Below, in pieces: positions 1 through 7,524 of a DNA stretch of 20,000 bases. The number at the start of each line of letters is the position of its first letter. Positions within the stretch are counted from its first letter, which is position 1. The DNA is from an uncultured virus (IMG/VR IMGVR_UViG_3300049893_000201) (lineage: Duplodnaviria; Heunggongvirae; Uroviricota; Caudoviricetes). A program made the position numbers and the translations under genes. Under the pieces are notes generated by a model that saw only the letters and a list, made by a program, of their open reading frames with translations, did no database searches and was not told where the DNA came from. The stretch is taken from the IMG/VR virus record IMGVR_UViG_3300049893_000201; one strand, 5' to 3'.

Positions 1-796
1 TGTAAAAACTAGTATTAGCATTAGCTGTTGATTTAATAAAACGAACATATATGCGAATCACATTATTTACAGTAAATGTATTAGCCGGTATTAACTGACT
101 TGAGGTAAGAGTAATAGTCGTAGTACTTGATACCGGGGTACCATCCGTAGCAGATGCATAACGAGCAAGTGTATTTTGCTTACCATTAAACGTATTCCAA
201 TCTGTAGAACTTAAGTATCCGTTAGTAGAAGTTGTTGCCTGGCTAATTGATATAGCTGGGGTAGTACCTCCACTAGATGCAATGGGAGCAGTACCTGTTA
301 CTGATGTAACTGTACCTCCACTTGATGGGCTAGTATTAGTAATTGTAAAGTTAGGATAAGTTCCTGTTACACTTATACCAGTTCCTGATGAAAGAGCTAC
401 AGTCTGATCGGGAGCAGAATTAGTAACAGTTATAGTACCTGAGGTAGTAATTGGATTTGTACCAGATAAACTTATACCTGTACCTGCAGCAAGTTGCACA
501 GAAGTTACCGTACCCGTATTACTAGTATATCCAGATGGATTAGTAAGTGGATAGTATGTAGCCGCTGCTGATGCTATAGTTAGATACGGGGATAAGGAAG
601 ATGCTGTAATGTAACCAGATGGATTACTTGCATCATACTTTAAGTTTAAAGCAGCCTGTAAGTCTAGCTGTGCGGATAAAGTACCTGTAATAGTACCCCA
701 TACAGCTGCACCAGGAGGAGATGTAGATAAAATGTCATAGATCTCCTGAAGTCTTTCAAGAGTAATGACCTCAAATCTATTTGTAGTAGCGCTCAT
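1..796 (-). CDS. Tail fibre / virion structural protein, N-terminal part (runs off the window)
   Basis: Not in the ORF track because it is truncated. ATG at 796 overlaps the stop of the upstream ORF (TAATG). Translation MSATTNRFEV...WGTITGTLSAQLDLQAAL...NPSGY...GTVTSVQLAAGTGISLSG...GGTVTSVTGTAPIASSGGTTPAISISQATTSTNGYLSSTDWNTFNGK is T/S/G-rich, with repeats typical of phage fibre proteins. Confidence 0.75.
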   Translation of the reverse strand, partial: MSATTNRFEVITLERLQEIYDILSTSPPGAAVWGTITGTLSAQLDLQAALNLKYDASNPSGYITASSLSPYLTIASAAATYYPLTNPSGYTSNTGTVTSVQLAAGTGISLSGTNPITTSGTITVTNSAPDQTVALSSGTGISVTGTYPNFTITNTSPSSGGTVTSVTGTAPIASSGGTTPAISISQATTSTNGYLSSTDWNTFNGKQNTLARYASATDGTPVSSTTTITLTSSQLIPANTFTVNNVIRIYVRFIKSTANANTSFY

Positions 797-1224
797 TAGA
801 ACTGTACAAATGTATCTAAGATATACCAGCTATCTGCATTAGTAGGGTTAGCCTCTAAAGTAACTGCACCTAAATCACCTATTGATGGTGGCGCTGTAAG
901 AGTTACGGTGGCATATGTACCCTCATCTATCTGTACACCAGATACAGGAGTTATTATAACATCATCAGCAGATGTGTTCTTTACAACTACAGTCTGACCG
1001 TTAAGATTATACGTACTAGGTATATATAAGTTAACTGCTCCACCAGTAGTAGGACCAACAACATTAACATAAGTTAAATAACTAGTAAACTGAGCACAAT
1101 TTAGTGTATAGTCAGTAATACCCTCAGCAAAGTAGTCTAGTGTTATCACATTAGGTGCTCCAATAGGAGTAGACTCTTGATTAGGTATAGTAATTACATT
1201 ATTAGCAAAGTAGTTATTTGGCAT
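796..1224 (-). CDS. Hypothetical virion-associated protein, beta-rich (142 aa)
   Basis: ORF translationally coupled to both neighbours. T/V/N-rich; the segment LYIPSTYNLNGQTVVVKNTS...ITPVSGVQIDEG resembles tail-accessory modules. Confidence 0.6.
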   Translation of the reverse strand: MPNNYFANNVITIPNQESTPIGAPNVITLDYFAEGITDYTLNCAQFTSYLTYVNVVGPTTGGAVNLYIPSTYNLNGQTVVVKNTSADDVIITPVSGVQIDEGTYATVTLTAPPSIGDLGAVTLEANPTNADSWYILDTFVQF

Positions 1225-1514
1225 TATTTAAATCTTTTATTATTACCTTTTCCATTACGAGCTCTATTAGTAGACTTGGATTCTTTTACAAGTTTACCTT
1301 TTTTAGTATGAGACATATCTTTACCGTCTCCATTACCATACGTTCCCGCACGTCGGTTGGCATTATTTAATTTCTCTCTATATGCAACTCGCTCAGGGCT
1401 AGAATGATACTCTTTATTATAGGCATCTTTCTTAGCTCTTGCTTCTGGATGTGATGCAAAGTATTTAGCAGACTTAGATTTACCCGTAGATTTCCCAGCT
1501 AACTTATTTCTCAT
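1224..1514 (-). CDS. Small basic HNH-like protein
   Basis: GDGKDMSH...ESKSTNRARN resembles the GDGKDxxH...N type of minimal phage HNH; very K/R-rich. Confidence 0.55.
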   Translation of the reverse strand: MRNKLAGKSTGKSKSAKYFASHPEARAKKDAYNKEYHSSPERVAYREKLNNANRRAGTYGNGDGKDMSHTKKGKLVKESKSTNRARNGKGNNKRFK

Positions 1515-1597
1515 AATATAAAATTATTAAAAAATTTTCATAAAAGGTTAGTAAGTTAAAAAATTTTTCATAAACTTGTATAAGATATCTATATCTT

Positions 1598-2596
1598 ATG
1601 AACATAACTGCTACCGGTAAACTCGCTAAAAAGTATCTTAAGAAGTATCCTAATCTTCCCATCCTGACTATTGCTAAACTAATGCACTCTGAAAATGATA
1701 TGCACTTTAACAGTGTGGATCATGCACGTTCATCACTTAAGCGTCACGCTGGACTAGGTGGTAAAGAAACTAGAAAGAATGTAGATCCTGAACTTCAGAG
1801 ACCTATAACATACAACTACGCACCCTTTAAAGACATACCAAAGTCATTCAAGTCAGGACCTAATGACTTTATATTACCCAAAGATGCTAATCATATTTTG
1901 CTTCTTTCTGATGTTCATTTTCCTTACCATGATGAAGAAGCTCTTGCTGCAGCTATTCAGTATGGAATGGAAAAAGAAATTAATACGGTACTTCTCAACG
2001 GAGACATTCTAGACTTTTACCAGTTATCTAGATTTGATAAAGATCCAAGTAAACCTAAGATGAAGGTAGAACTTGAGCAGGGTAGATGGTTTATGAAAGC
2101 ATTACGTGAAGCATTTCCTAAGGCAAGAATCTATTACAAGATTGGTAATCATGAAGATAGATTAGAGAAGTGGTTAAGAATTAAAGCTCCAGAGTGGATA
2201 GGTACAGAAGAGTTTGAGTTAAAGATGCTACTAAGGTTTGGAGAAAACCAAATACAACTTATAGATTCTGAAGCTACTATAAAAGTTGGTAACCTAAATA
2301 TTATCCACGGTCATGAGTACATAGGCGGAGGTACTGTAAATCCAGCAAGAAACTTATACCTTAAAGCTAAGGCTAGTACTATATGTGGACACTTCCATAG
2401 AAAGTCTGAGTTTACAACTAGAGATATTAATAATAAAATACAGGGAGCGTGGACAACAGGATGTCTATGTGAACTATACCCAGAATATATGAAAGGTCAC
2501 AGCGATTGGGTACACGGATTTGCTGTAGTTAAAGTAGAGAAGGACGGTAATTTTTCAGTAGAAAACAAAATGATCATTGATGGTGTAATAGTATAG
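1598..2596 (+). CDS. Calcineurin-like metallophosphoesterase
   Basis: All family motifs are present in order: SDVH, GDILD, GNHE, HGH, GHFH. Confidence 0.9.
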   Translation: MNITATGKLAKKYLKKYPNLPILTIAKLMHSENDMHFNSVDHARSSLKRHAGLGGKETRKNVDPELQRPITYNYAPFKDIPKSFKSGPNDFILPKDANHILLLSDVHFPYHDEEALAAAIQYGMEKEINTVLLNGDILDFYQLSRFDKDPSKPKMKVELEQGRWFMKALREAFPKARIYYKIGNHEDRLEKWLRIKAPEWIGTEEFELKMLLRFGENQIQLIDSEATIKVGNLNIIHGHEYIGGGTVNPARNLYLKAKASTICGHFHRKSEFTTRDINNKIQGAWTTGCLCELYPEYMKGHSDWVHGFAVVKVEKDGNFSVENKMIIDGVIV

Positions 2597-2598
2597 TC

Positions 2599-2820
2599 AT
2601 GGCAACAACTATAAAAGCTGGTATTCATATAGATCCTCTAAGTGAAGAGCAAAATACTCCTGAGGTATATATAGACCATGCTATTATACAAGTGTATAGC
2701 CAAGAAGATATTATGGTATTACAGTTTACATATGAAGAGCTGCGTGGTATCATGGCCATCATGGCAGCAGAACAAGAGAAAACACATCTGCGCATTCAGG
2801 CTATCGGTAGGAGTAACTAG
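2599..2820 (+). CDS. Hypothetical protein (73 aa)
   Basis: ATG 2 nt after the phosphoesterase stop; plausible composition. Confidence 0.65.
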   Translation: MATTIKAGIHIDPLSEEQNTPEVYIDHAIIQVYSQEDIMVLQFTYEELRGIMAIMAAEQEKTHLRIQAIGRSN

Positions 2821-2901
2821 AACATCGGGGTACCCTCATCCATGTTCATATACCAGCTAAAGAGCATCCACCTTAAGTCATCAGATAACCGGGGTAAGTG
2901 A

Positions 2902-3138
2902 TTATAAATCTCGTTTACTTCTTTCATAATCTTTCCATTCTATATAAAATCCTATTGCTACTAGGATGTTCATCCCAAATGAACTAATGATCTCTACCAT
3001 ATCTTCGTATATGTTGAGACTTAAGTGGACATGCCCCACAATCCAAAACGGTATTGCCAGATTGCTGGATATCCACAGGAGTAAAAACTTTAGAAAACTT
3101 TTTATTGCCACGGTTATATAACTGGTACAAAGATACAT
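2902..3138 (-). CDS. Hypothetical two-TM membrane protein (start uncertain)
   Basis: Two hydrophobic segments (FLLLWISSNLAIPFWIVG; IISSFGMNILVAIGFYI) and a charged C-terminus. Confidence 0.6.
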   Translation of the reverse strand: MYLCTSYITVAIKSFLKFLLLWISSNLAIPFWIVGHVHLSLNIYEDMVEIISSFGMNILVAIGFYIEWKDYERSKRDL

Positions 3139-3259
3139 TTATTATGTCTATCTCATCTACTTTATCGGGACCCGCTATATTAATAATAAACAAGGTAAAC
3201 TTATAGTAGTCTAGCGGGTTATTATCAAATGGGCGCGTTTTAAGTATTTCTGAGTTCAT
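2984..3259 (-). CDS. Possible small protein (overlaps the previous ORF)
   Basis: ATG lies just downstream of a TATATTTG box (3267-3274, minus strand). The 3' half overlaps 2902-3138 in another frame, so the call is uncertain. Confidence 0.35.
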   Translation of the reverse strand: MNSEILKTRPFDNNPLDYYKFTLFIINIAGPDKVDEIDIINVSLYQLYNRGNKKFSKVFTPVDIQQSGNTVLDCGACPLKSQHIRRYGRDH

Positions 3260-3266
3260 CTTGTAA

Positions 3267-3274
3267 CAAATATA
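3267..3274 (-). promoter_or_regulatory. Bacteroidota-type -7 promoter element TATATTTG
   Basis: Matches the TAnnTTTG consensus and sits 7 nt before the ATG at 3259. Confidence 0.4.
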
Positions 3275-3289
3275 TACATAAAAATGTTA

Positions 3290-3840
3290 CCACACTATAG
3301 TATGGTTTAACAGTCATTAGCCCCGGTTTTACTGGTTAATGCATAGTATACCATACCATAACCTGCTTTATAAGAAACTAAAAAGCGGTGTTTTATACCC
3401 TATAAGGTATGTTATGTACCCGCTTGGGTATAGTATGTAAAATGCTATACCCGATAAGGTATGAGTTAGATGTTAAAAACCACATCTGTCTCAGATATTT
3501 TAAAAATTGTGACAAGTCCTGTCACAAATTTAGCAAACTTTTGTGACGAGCTTGGTCGGTACTTGGTGGGTACTTGGTCGGTACTTGGGGGAAGTATAGT
3601 AAACTTTTGCGACAAGCTATTGTGGAAAATATTCTCCAAAATCAGGCTTTTAGTGGAAAATAATCCCCAAATGGTACACGCTAATCCGCCATTACTGGAA
3701 AATTTTAGGAGTATTGGCAACTTATAAAATGCCAAACTCGGAAGTAAAAAGGTGCCAAACTCAGAAGTGTAATTCGGGAAATACCCGAGATAGTGCATGA
3801 ATTTTTCCAGAAAATGCATGCAGAATTATATGCATTTAAT
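3290..3840. repeat. Non-coding array of several unrelated short direct/inverted repeat families (operator-like)
   Basis: TRTACCCnnnnnGGTAT x3 (3394, 3415, 3446); TTGTGACA-N5-TGTCACAA (3507-3527); TAGYAAACTTTTGYGACRAGCT x2 (3531, 3597); 11-bp CTTGGTSGGTA x3.5 (3551-3588); GTGGAAAATAWTCYCCAAA x2 (3622, 3653); TGCCAAACTCRGAAGT x2 (3730, 3753); TCGGG-N5-CCCGA (3774-3788); TGCAT cluster (3794-3835). Confidence 0.85.
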
Positions 3841-3909
3841 ATGTAATTGCTCCTAAAAGTGCCCATTTTTTAATTCTAATATGCTTTTGCATATAGTCAG
3901 TTTATTACA

Positions 3910-4350
3910 CTACTTGTGCTTATCTAAATAGGCAATAGCTTTTTTCATAATGCTTGGGCTATCTTTAAAGAACCCTAATCCACTATTACAGTTGTTGCAC
4001 AATAGTGATCGAACCTTACCTGTTTTATGGCAATGGTCTACTGAAAAATCTTTAGAATAATCATCTCTATGTATATTACATATACCACAAGAATAGTTTT
4101 GTTCTATAAGTTTAAGCTCATACTCTTCACTGGTTAGATTATACTTTAACTTCCTTTGATATGCTTTATGGTAATCTATATTTCTGGCGATGTTAGCACA
4201 AAACTTACAAGGAGAATTAAACCTATAATGCTTATTATGCTTTACATCATGTTTTATATAAAACTCAGTAACCGGTAATACCTCATTACAGCGGTTACAT
4301 TTTTTTGTCGCACCACTTTCTAGTAACTGCTCTAACTTTTCTTTTGTCAT
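3910..4350 (-). CDS. Endonuclease VII-family (His-Me) nuclease with N-terminal Zn-binding CxxC pairs, probably a homing-type endonuclease
   Basis: CNRC...CKFC, then CGIC...SVDHCHKTGKVRSLLCNNCNSGLGFFKDS, which is the recombination endonuclease VII signature. The ATG at 4350 is preferred over the track start at 4371. Confidence 0.85.
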   Translation of the reverse strand: MTKEKLEQLLESGATKKCNRCNEVLPVTEFYIKHDVKHNKHYRFNSPCKFCANIARNIDYHKAYQRKLKYNLTSEEYELKLIEQNYSCGICNIHRDDYSKDFSVDHCHKTGKVRSLLCNNCNSGLGFFKDSPSIMKKAIAYLDKHK

Positions 4351-4429
4351 GTTTTTATTGTAAAGATACAACAGATTATGGTATTGTCAAGAAAAATGTC
4401 CAGAAGTTTTTTGTGTAATAAACTTGACA

Positions 4430-4620
4430 TAGGTATCCCGGGACAATATGTCCCCAGGGGGAACCAGCTGATTCACCTACCCCCGGTAGTAAGGTTTGGT
4501 GGGGACACCCCCGGGGGGATGGATGGTGTTTACAATATATACTGTAGGAGAGAGGGAGATGGGTCCTCTATGGCTGGGCCCCGGCCGGCGCCGCGCTGAG
4601 GGGGTACCCCCCATGAAGGC
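4430..4620. other. GC-rich palindromic island; candidate genome terminus/packaging site or origin
   Basis: GGGACA-ATA-TGTCCC (4440-4454), CCCCCGGGGG (4508-4517), CCGGCCGG (4581-4588) and GGGGGTACCCCC (4600-4611) in an otherwise AT-rich genome, at the point where gene orientation switches. Confidence 0.45.
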
Positions 4621-4683
4621 AGGAGCATATAAAAACTGTTAGGTATTTTTTTATTTTTTTTTTGTGGCAGAAAAAAAGGTTAT

Positions 4684-4694
4684 GCCCTTTTCTT
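4684..4694 (+). promoter_or_regulatory. Putative phage early promoter motif GCCCYTTTCTT, copy 1
   Basis: Followed by TAATTATAT and an ATG 31 nt after the first G; recurs at 5180, 5534, 6049 and 7008. Confidence 0.6.
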
Positions 4695-4714
4695 GTCTAA
4701 TTATATTAATCACT

Positions 4715-5155
4715 ATGAGAACACAAAACTCACAAGCGAAACATGTTTCCGCTGGCTTCGGCTACAGTCATGTAATGGTAGGTAACACAGCAGTGTATAC
4801 TACTAAGATAAGAACCAAGCAATTTGACTTGTTGCGCTATGCTATCGAGGATAAGCGTCGCACCGAGAACAAACTGCAGGGAACTTATGGCCAGATTAAG
4901 ATGAACAAGAACGGTCAGAATTACGTGACGTACGAGTTTGTCACTACTGACTTTAACGGTATGATTCAGTTCCGTAAGGAGATGGACGAAGCACGTGCAG
5001 AGATGCTTGAGGTAAAGGTAATGCGTCTTAAGATGCAGAATCCGTGGTACGAGCCTATCTGGATGACGGCTATTCGCGAGCAACTATATCGTGAAGAGTC
5101 GGCTACGCATCATAAGGGGCTTCGTGGTGGCGACTTTGACGACTTGCCGTTCTAA
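4715..5155 (+). CDS. Early hypothetical protein with an SSB-like C-terminal tail (GGDFDDLPF)
   Basis: ATG at 4715 follows the conserved upstream motif; the C-terminus matches the bacterial SSB-Ct consensus DDxPF. Confidence 0.75.
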   Translation: MRTQNSQAKHVSAGFGYSHVMVGNTAVYTTKIRTKQFDLLRYAIEDKRRTENKLQGTYGQIKMNKNGQNYVTYEFVTTDFNGMIQFRKEMDEARAEMLEVKVMRLKMQNPWYEPIWMTAIREQLYREESATHHKGLRGGDFDDLPF

Positions 5156-5165
5156 CTAACTAACT

Positions 5166-5194
5166 GAAAAGGGTGTAATGCCCTTTTCTTTTTT
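5166..5194 (+). terminator. Intrinsic terminator overlapping promoter motif copy 2 (5180-5190)
   Basis: GAAAAGGG...CCCTTTTC hairpin followed by a T run; the 3' arm is the GCCCTTTTCTT motif. Confidence 0.6.
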
Positions 5195-5213
5195 AATTAT
5201 ATAACTTATCACT

Positions 5214-5408
5214 ATGAAAAAACACTTAATGAATGACGCGATATTTATCGCGCTTATGGTATGTAATGCCTTATCGGTAGCTCTTATGTATATCTGTTTA
5301 ACCGATAACAGTGTATCAGAAGAAGGCCGTTGGTTCACAGCAGGTATCGGTGCTGTAACCTTTGTAATGACGTGGTTATTAGTATGGACTGAAAGAAAAG
5401 ACCTATGA
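5214..5408 (+). CDS. Small two-TM membrane protein
   Basis: Two hydrophobic helices; ATG 34 nt after motif copy 2. Confidence 0.7.
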   Translation: MKKHLMNDAIFIALMVCNALSVALMYICLTDNSVSEEGRWFTAGIGAVTFVMTWLLVWTERKDL

Positions 5409-5518
5409 TAACACTATGTATATTACCTAATTTCAAGGGGAGTCTTGGAGATTGGGTTAAGGCAACAGTAGTATGTTTAGCACTAGATGCTATGTACATT
5501 GTTCCGATGTGTCTATAA
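5405..5518 (+). CDS. Small hydrophobic protein (37 aa)
   Basis: Not in the track. ATGA overlap with the upstream stop; MITLCILPNFKGSLGDWVKATVVCLALDAMYIVPMCL. Confidence 0.5.
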   Translation: MITLCILPNFKGSLGDWVKATVVCLALDAMYIVPMCL

Positions 5519-5523
5519 AAGTT

Positions 5524-5548
5524 AGGGGTTTAGGCCCCTTTCTTTTTT
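5524..5548 (+). promoter_or_regulatory. Hairpin/T-run terminator overlapping promoter motif copy 3 (5534-5544)
   Basis: AGGGGT-TTAG-GCCCCT stem followed by TTCTTTTTTAATTATATAAC; ATG 31 nt after the motif G. Confidence 0.55.
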
Positions 5549-5564
5549 AATTATATAACCACTT

Positions 5565-5867
5565 ATGAAAAAGAAATTTGTAACAGAAGACGAGGCACTC
5601 GGGAGAGGCGTTAGTCTAGACTCACTTGTTAAGGAACAAGAAGAGCAAGGGTATGTATTACGTAATGAGTTTACTCACGAAGCAGTGGGTAAAGTTAAGG
5701 TAATGTACCACAAAGATTGGCTTAAGAGTATAGAAGCCAAGTTAAGTAATCAGCATAAAGGATGTCTCGTAAGAGATGTAATGGTAGATGGTGCTGATAA
5801 TATACATTATATAGTCGTGAATAAAGACGACTCGTGGAGAAGATTATCGTGTAGTGGTGATATATAA
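5565..5867 (+). CDS. Hypothetical early protein (100 aa)
   Basis: ORF after motif copy 3, followed by a terminator. Confidence 0.75.
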   Translation: MKKKFVTEDEALGRGVSLDSLVKEQEEQGYVLRNEFTHEAVGKVKVMYHKDWLKSIEAKLSNQHKGCLVRDVMVDGADNIHYIVVNKDDSWRRLSCSGDI

Positions 5868-5871
5868 GTAG

Positions 5872-5904
5872 AAGGAGACAGCGCTTAACAGCCTGTCTCT
5901 TTTT
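5872..5904 (+). terminator. Intrinsic terminator
   Basis: GAGACAG...CTGTCTC stem followed by a T run. Confidence 0.7.
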
Positions 5905-6048
5905 ATTATTCTAATAGAGTAGCCAAGGGCTGTTCCGTATTTCTTTATTGTCCATTTCTTGTCGGTAGTAGTAGAAGAGAGTTACTATCATAACTCCCTT
6001 CTCCTCCCAAATTCTCCTACGGCCGTTGAGTATTTACTTATTTATTAT

Positions 6049-6142
6049 GCCCTTTTCTTTTTTAAATTGTTGGTTTCACATCCAAGACCACCTCACACAC
6101 AATACCTTAACGGGGGTGCAGTGCTTGTAAGTGAGACCAACA
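6049..6142 (+). promoter_or_regulatory. Promoter motif copy 4 followed by a long 5' leader hairpin
   Basis: GCCCTTTTCTT at 6049-6059; TGTTGGTTTCAC (6068-6079) pairs with GTGAGACCAACA (6131-6142); inner CACCTC/GGGGTG stem. Confidence 0.55.
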
Positions 6143-6182
6143 GTTTGTAACAACTTATATTAACTTAAAACAATTTAGAAAA

Positions 6183-6653
6183 ATGGCTACAAGAATGTCA
6201 TTGATGGTAGGATTTAAGAATCCGTTTAAACGTACTAACGACAAGGGCGAAAAGTACACTATTAACACCTATTATGTATTCCCGAAAGGACAGTTTGGGA
6301 ATACCGAGTCTGCTATTGAGCAGTTAAAGGCGGATATTAAGAAGGCGGGATACAAAGTACTACAGTCACCAAGTGGTGCATTAGTATGGACAAGTACTCG
6401 CAGTTTAATACCCGAAGGCTGTCCTATCGTGCGTCTCGACGACGGACAGTGGGTAGCAGACACCACAGAACTTGACAAGATAGAGCAGTTAAGTAAGCGT
6501 AGTACTATGCTTGCTAACCGTGCTATGGACAAGTTTATGGAAACTGCCGACATTGTCATAAGTGCCGTAGAGCAATTAAAGCGTGAAGACGCTGTTGCTG
6601 ATGGCGTAGAAGTCAACGCCGATAACGGTGAAGACGCGGACCCGTTCAAATAA
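6183..6653 (+). CDS. Hypothetical protein with acidic DADPFK tail; paralog of 7093-7512
   Basis: Shares ADIKKAG/ADYKKAKG, CPIVRLDDGQWVADTT/CPLIITTNGNVVADTS and NGEDADPFK/NGGDADPFKD with 7093-7512. Confidence 0.8.
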   Translation: MATRMSLMVGFKNPFKRTNDKGEKYTINTYYVFPKGQFGNTESAIEQLKADIKKAGYKVLQSPSGALVWTSTRSLIPEGCPIVRLDDGQWVADTTELDKIEQLSKRSTMLANRAMDKFMETADIVISAVEQLKREDAVADGVEVNADNGEDADPFK

Positions 6654-6671
6654 TTGGCGGGTAAAACATAT

Positions 6672-6712
6672 GAAAACACCAAGGGTTAGTCCTCGGTGTT
6701 TTCTTTTTTTTT
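6672..6712 (+). terminator. Intrinsic terminator
   Basis: GAAAACACC...GGTGTTTTC stem followed by a long T run. Confidence 0.8.
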
Positions 6713-7007
6713 CACTCTCGTGGTACATTCTTGGATTTCTAATATAGTATCCATAGTATGGCGGATAAAGGCTATCTTATTGATAAACAATAAGATAAGT
6801 TTTTAAGTATCTTGGAATGCTAAAAGACTGTTCAGTCTTTTTTTATTTAACAAGTAATAGCGGTTGGAAACAGTTTACTATCACTGCTACTCACCGTTCT
6901 TCTCCTACGGAAAACAGTTGGTTACAGTTTGTAACATACAGTTAATTACAATACCTACCGTGTATTTACAGTTTACAGCACTGTTCGTTATTTTTTTATT
7001 TTTTCTC

Positions 7008-7056
7008 GCCCCTTTCTTTCTTGTGTGCGTTCGTGTTATTAAACAGGACGTATACA
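7008..7056 (+). promoter_or_regulatory. Promoter motif copy 5 followed by a 5' leader hairpin
   Basis: GCCCCTTTCTT at 7008-7018; TGTGTGCGTTC (7022-7032) pairs with GGACGTATACA (7046-7056) using G-U pairs; inner TGTT/AACA stem. Confidence 0.55.
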
Positions 7057-7092
7057 GTTAACATAATATAAACTATTTAAAATCAAAAAGTT

Positions 7093-7512
7093 ATGGACAT
7101 TACCTATGTCTCAAGTTACCCAAAGAAGGCCAAGAATGGCAACATTGTAGACGTATTTGTTTATGCAGTAAACGGTACGCAGTCTGAATTAGCGGACTAT
7201 AAAAAGGCTAAAGGTGAAGATTACCGTGAAGATAAAGAAACAGGGGAACCCTTGTTCTACAGTCTTAATTATGTAGGCGAAGTATGCCCGCTGATTATCA
7301 CAACTAACGGTAATGTGGTAGCAGATACGTCTGCTATGCGTAAGGCGAAGAATTTAGTAGAGCAAAACCCTATGTTACGTGCAGAAGTAAGCAATGCTGT
7401 ACTGCATATGTTAGGGTTTGACCGTATGACTCCGGCTAGAACTGCAAAGAAGGCAGATGAGCCTGTAGCAACCGGTGAAAACGGTGGTGATGCTGATCCA
7501 TTTAAGGATTAA
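7093..7512 (+). CDS. Hypothetical protein with acidic DADPFKD tail; paralog of 6183-6653
   Basis: Motif blocks shared with 6183-6653; A-rich translation initiation region. Confidence 0.8.
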   Translation: MDITYVSSYPKKAKNGNIVDVFVYAVNGTQSELADYKKAKGEDYREDKETGEPLFYSLNYVGEVCPLIITTNGNVVADTSAMRKAKNLVEQNPMLRAEVSNAVLHMLGFDRMTPARTAKKADEPVATGENGGDADPFKD

Positions 7513-7524
7513 CTCATTGATAAT

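Noticed and set aside
280..520. Repeats in the fibre gene as a diversity-generating retroelement target
   Set aside because: They are protein-level GTVTSV/GTGIS repeats; no reverse transcriptase or adenine-specific TR/VR pair is visible.
2678..2860. 60-aa ORF overlapping 2599-2820
   Set aside because: Off-frame overlap with a translationally coupled ORF.
3551..3588. Possible mini-CRISPR array
   Set aside because: The 11-bp units are contiguous with no spacers, and no cas genes are in the window.
3466..3819. ORFs 3466-3819 (-) and 3470-3727 (+)
   Set aside because: They lie across the repeat/palindrome array, overlap each other on opposite strands and have no protein-like motifs; probably incidental.
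4378..4599. 73-aa ORF across the GC island
   Set aside because: G/P-rich translation of palindromic non-coding DNA, lying upstream of the first promoter motif.
5959..7061. ORFs 5959-6150 and 6864-7061
   Set aside because: They have TTG starts and run through the conserved regulatory motifs, T tracts and leader hairpins; better explained as non-coding.
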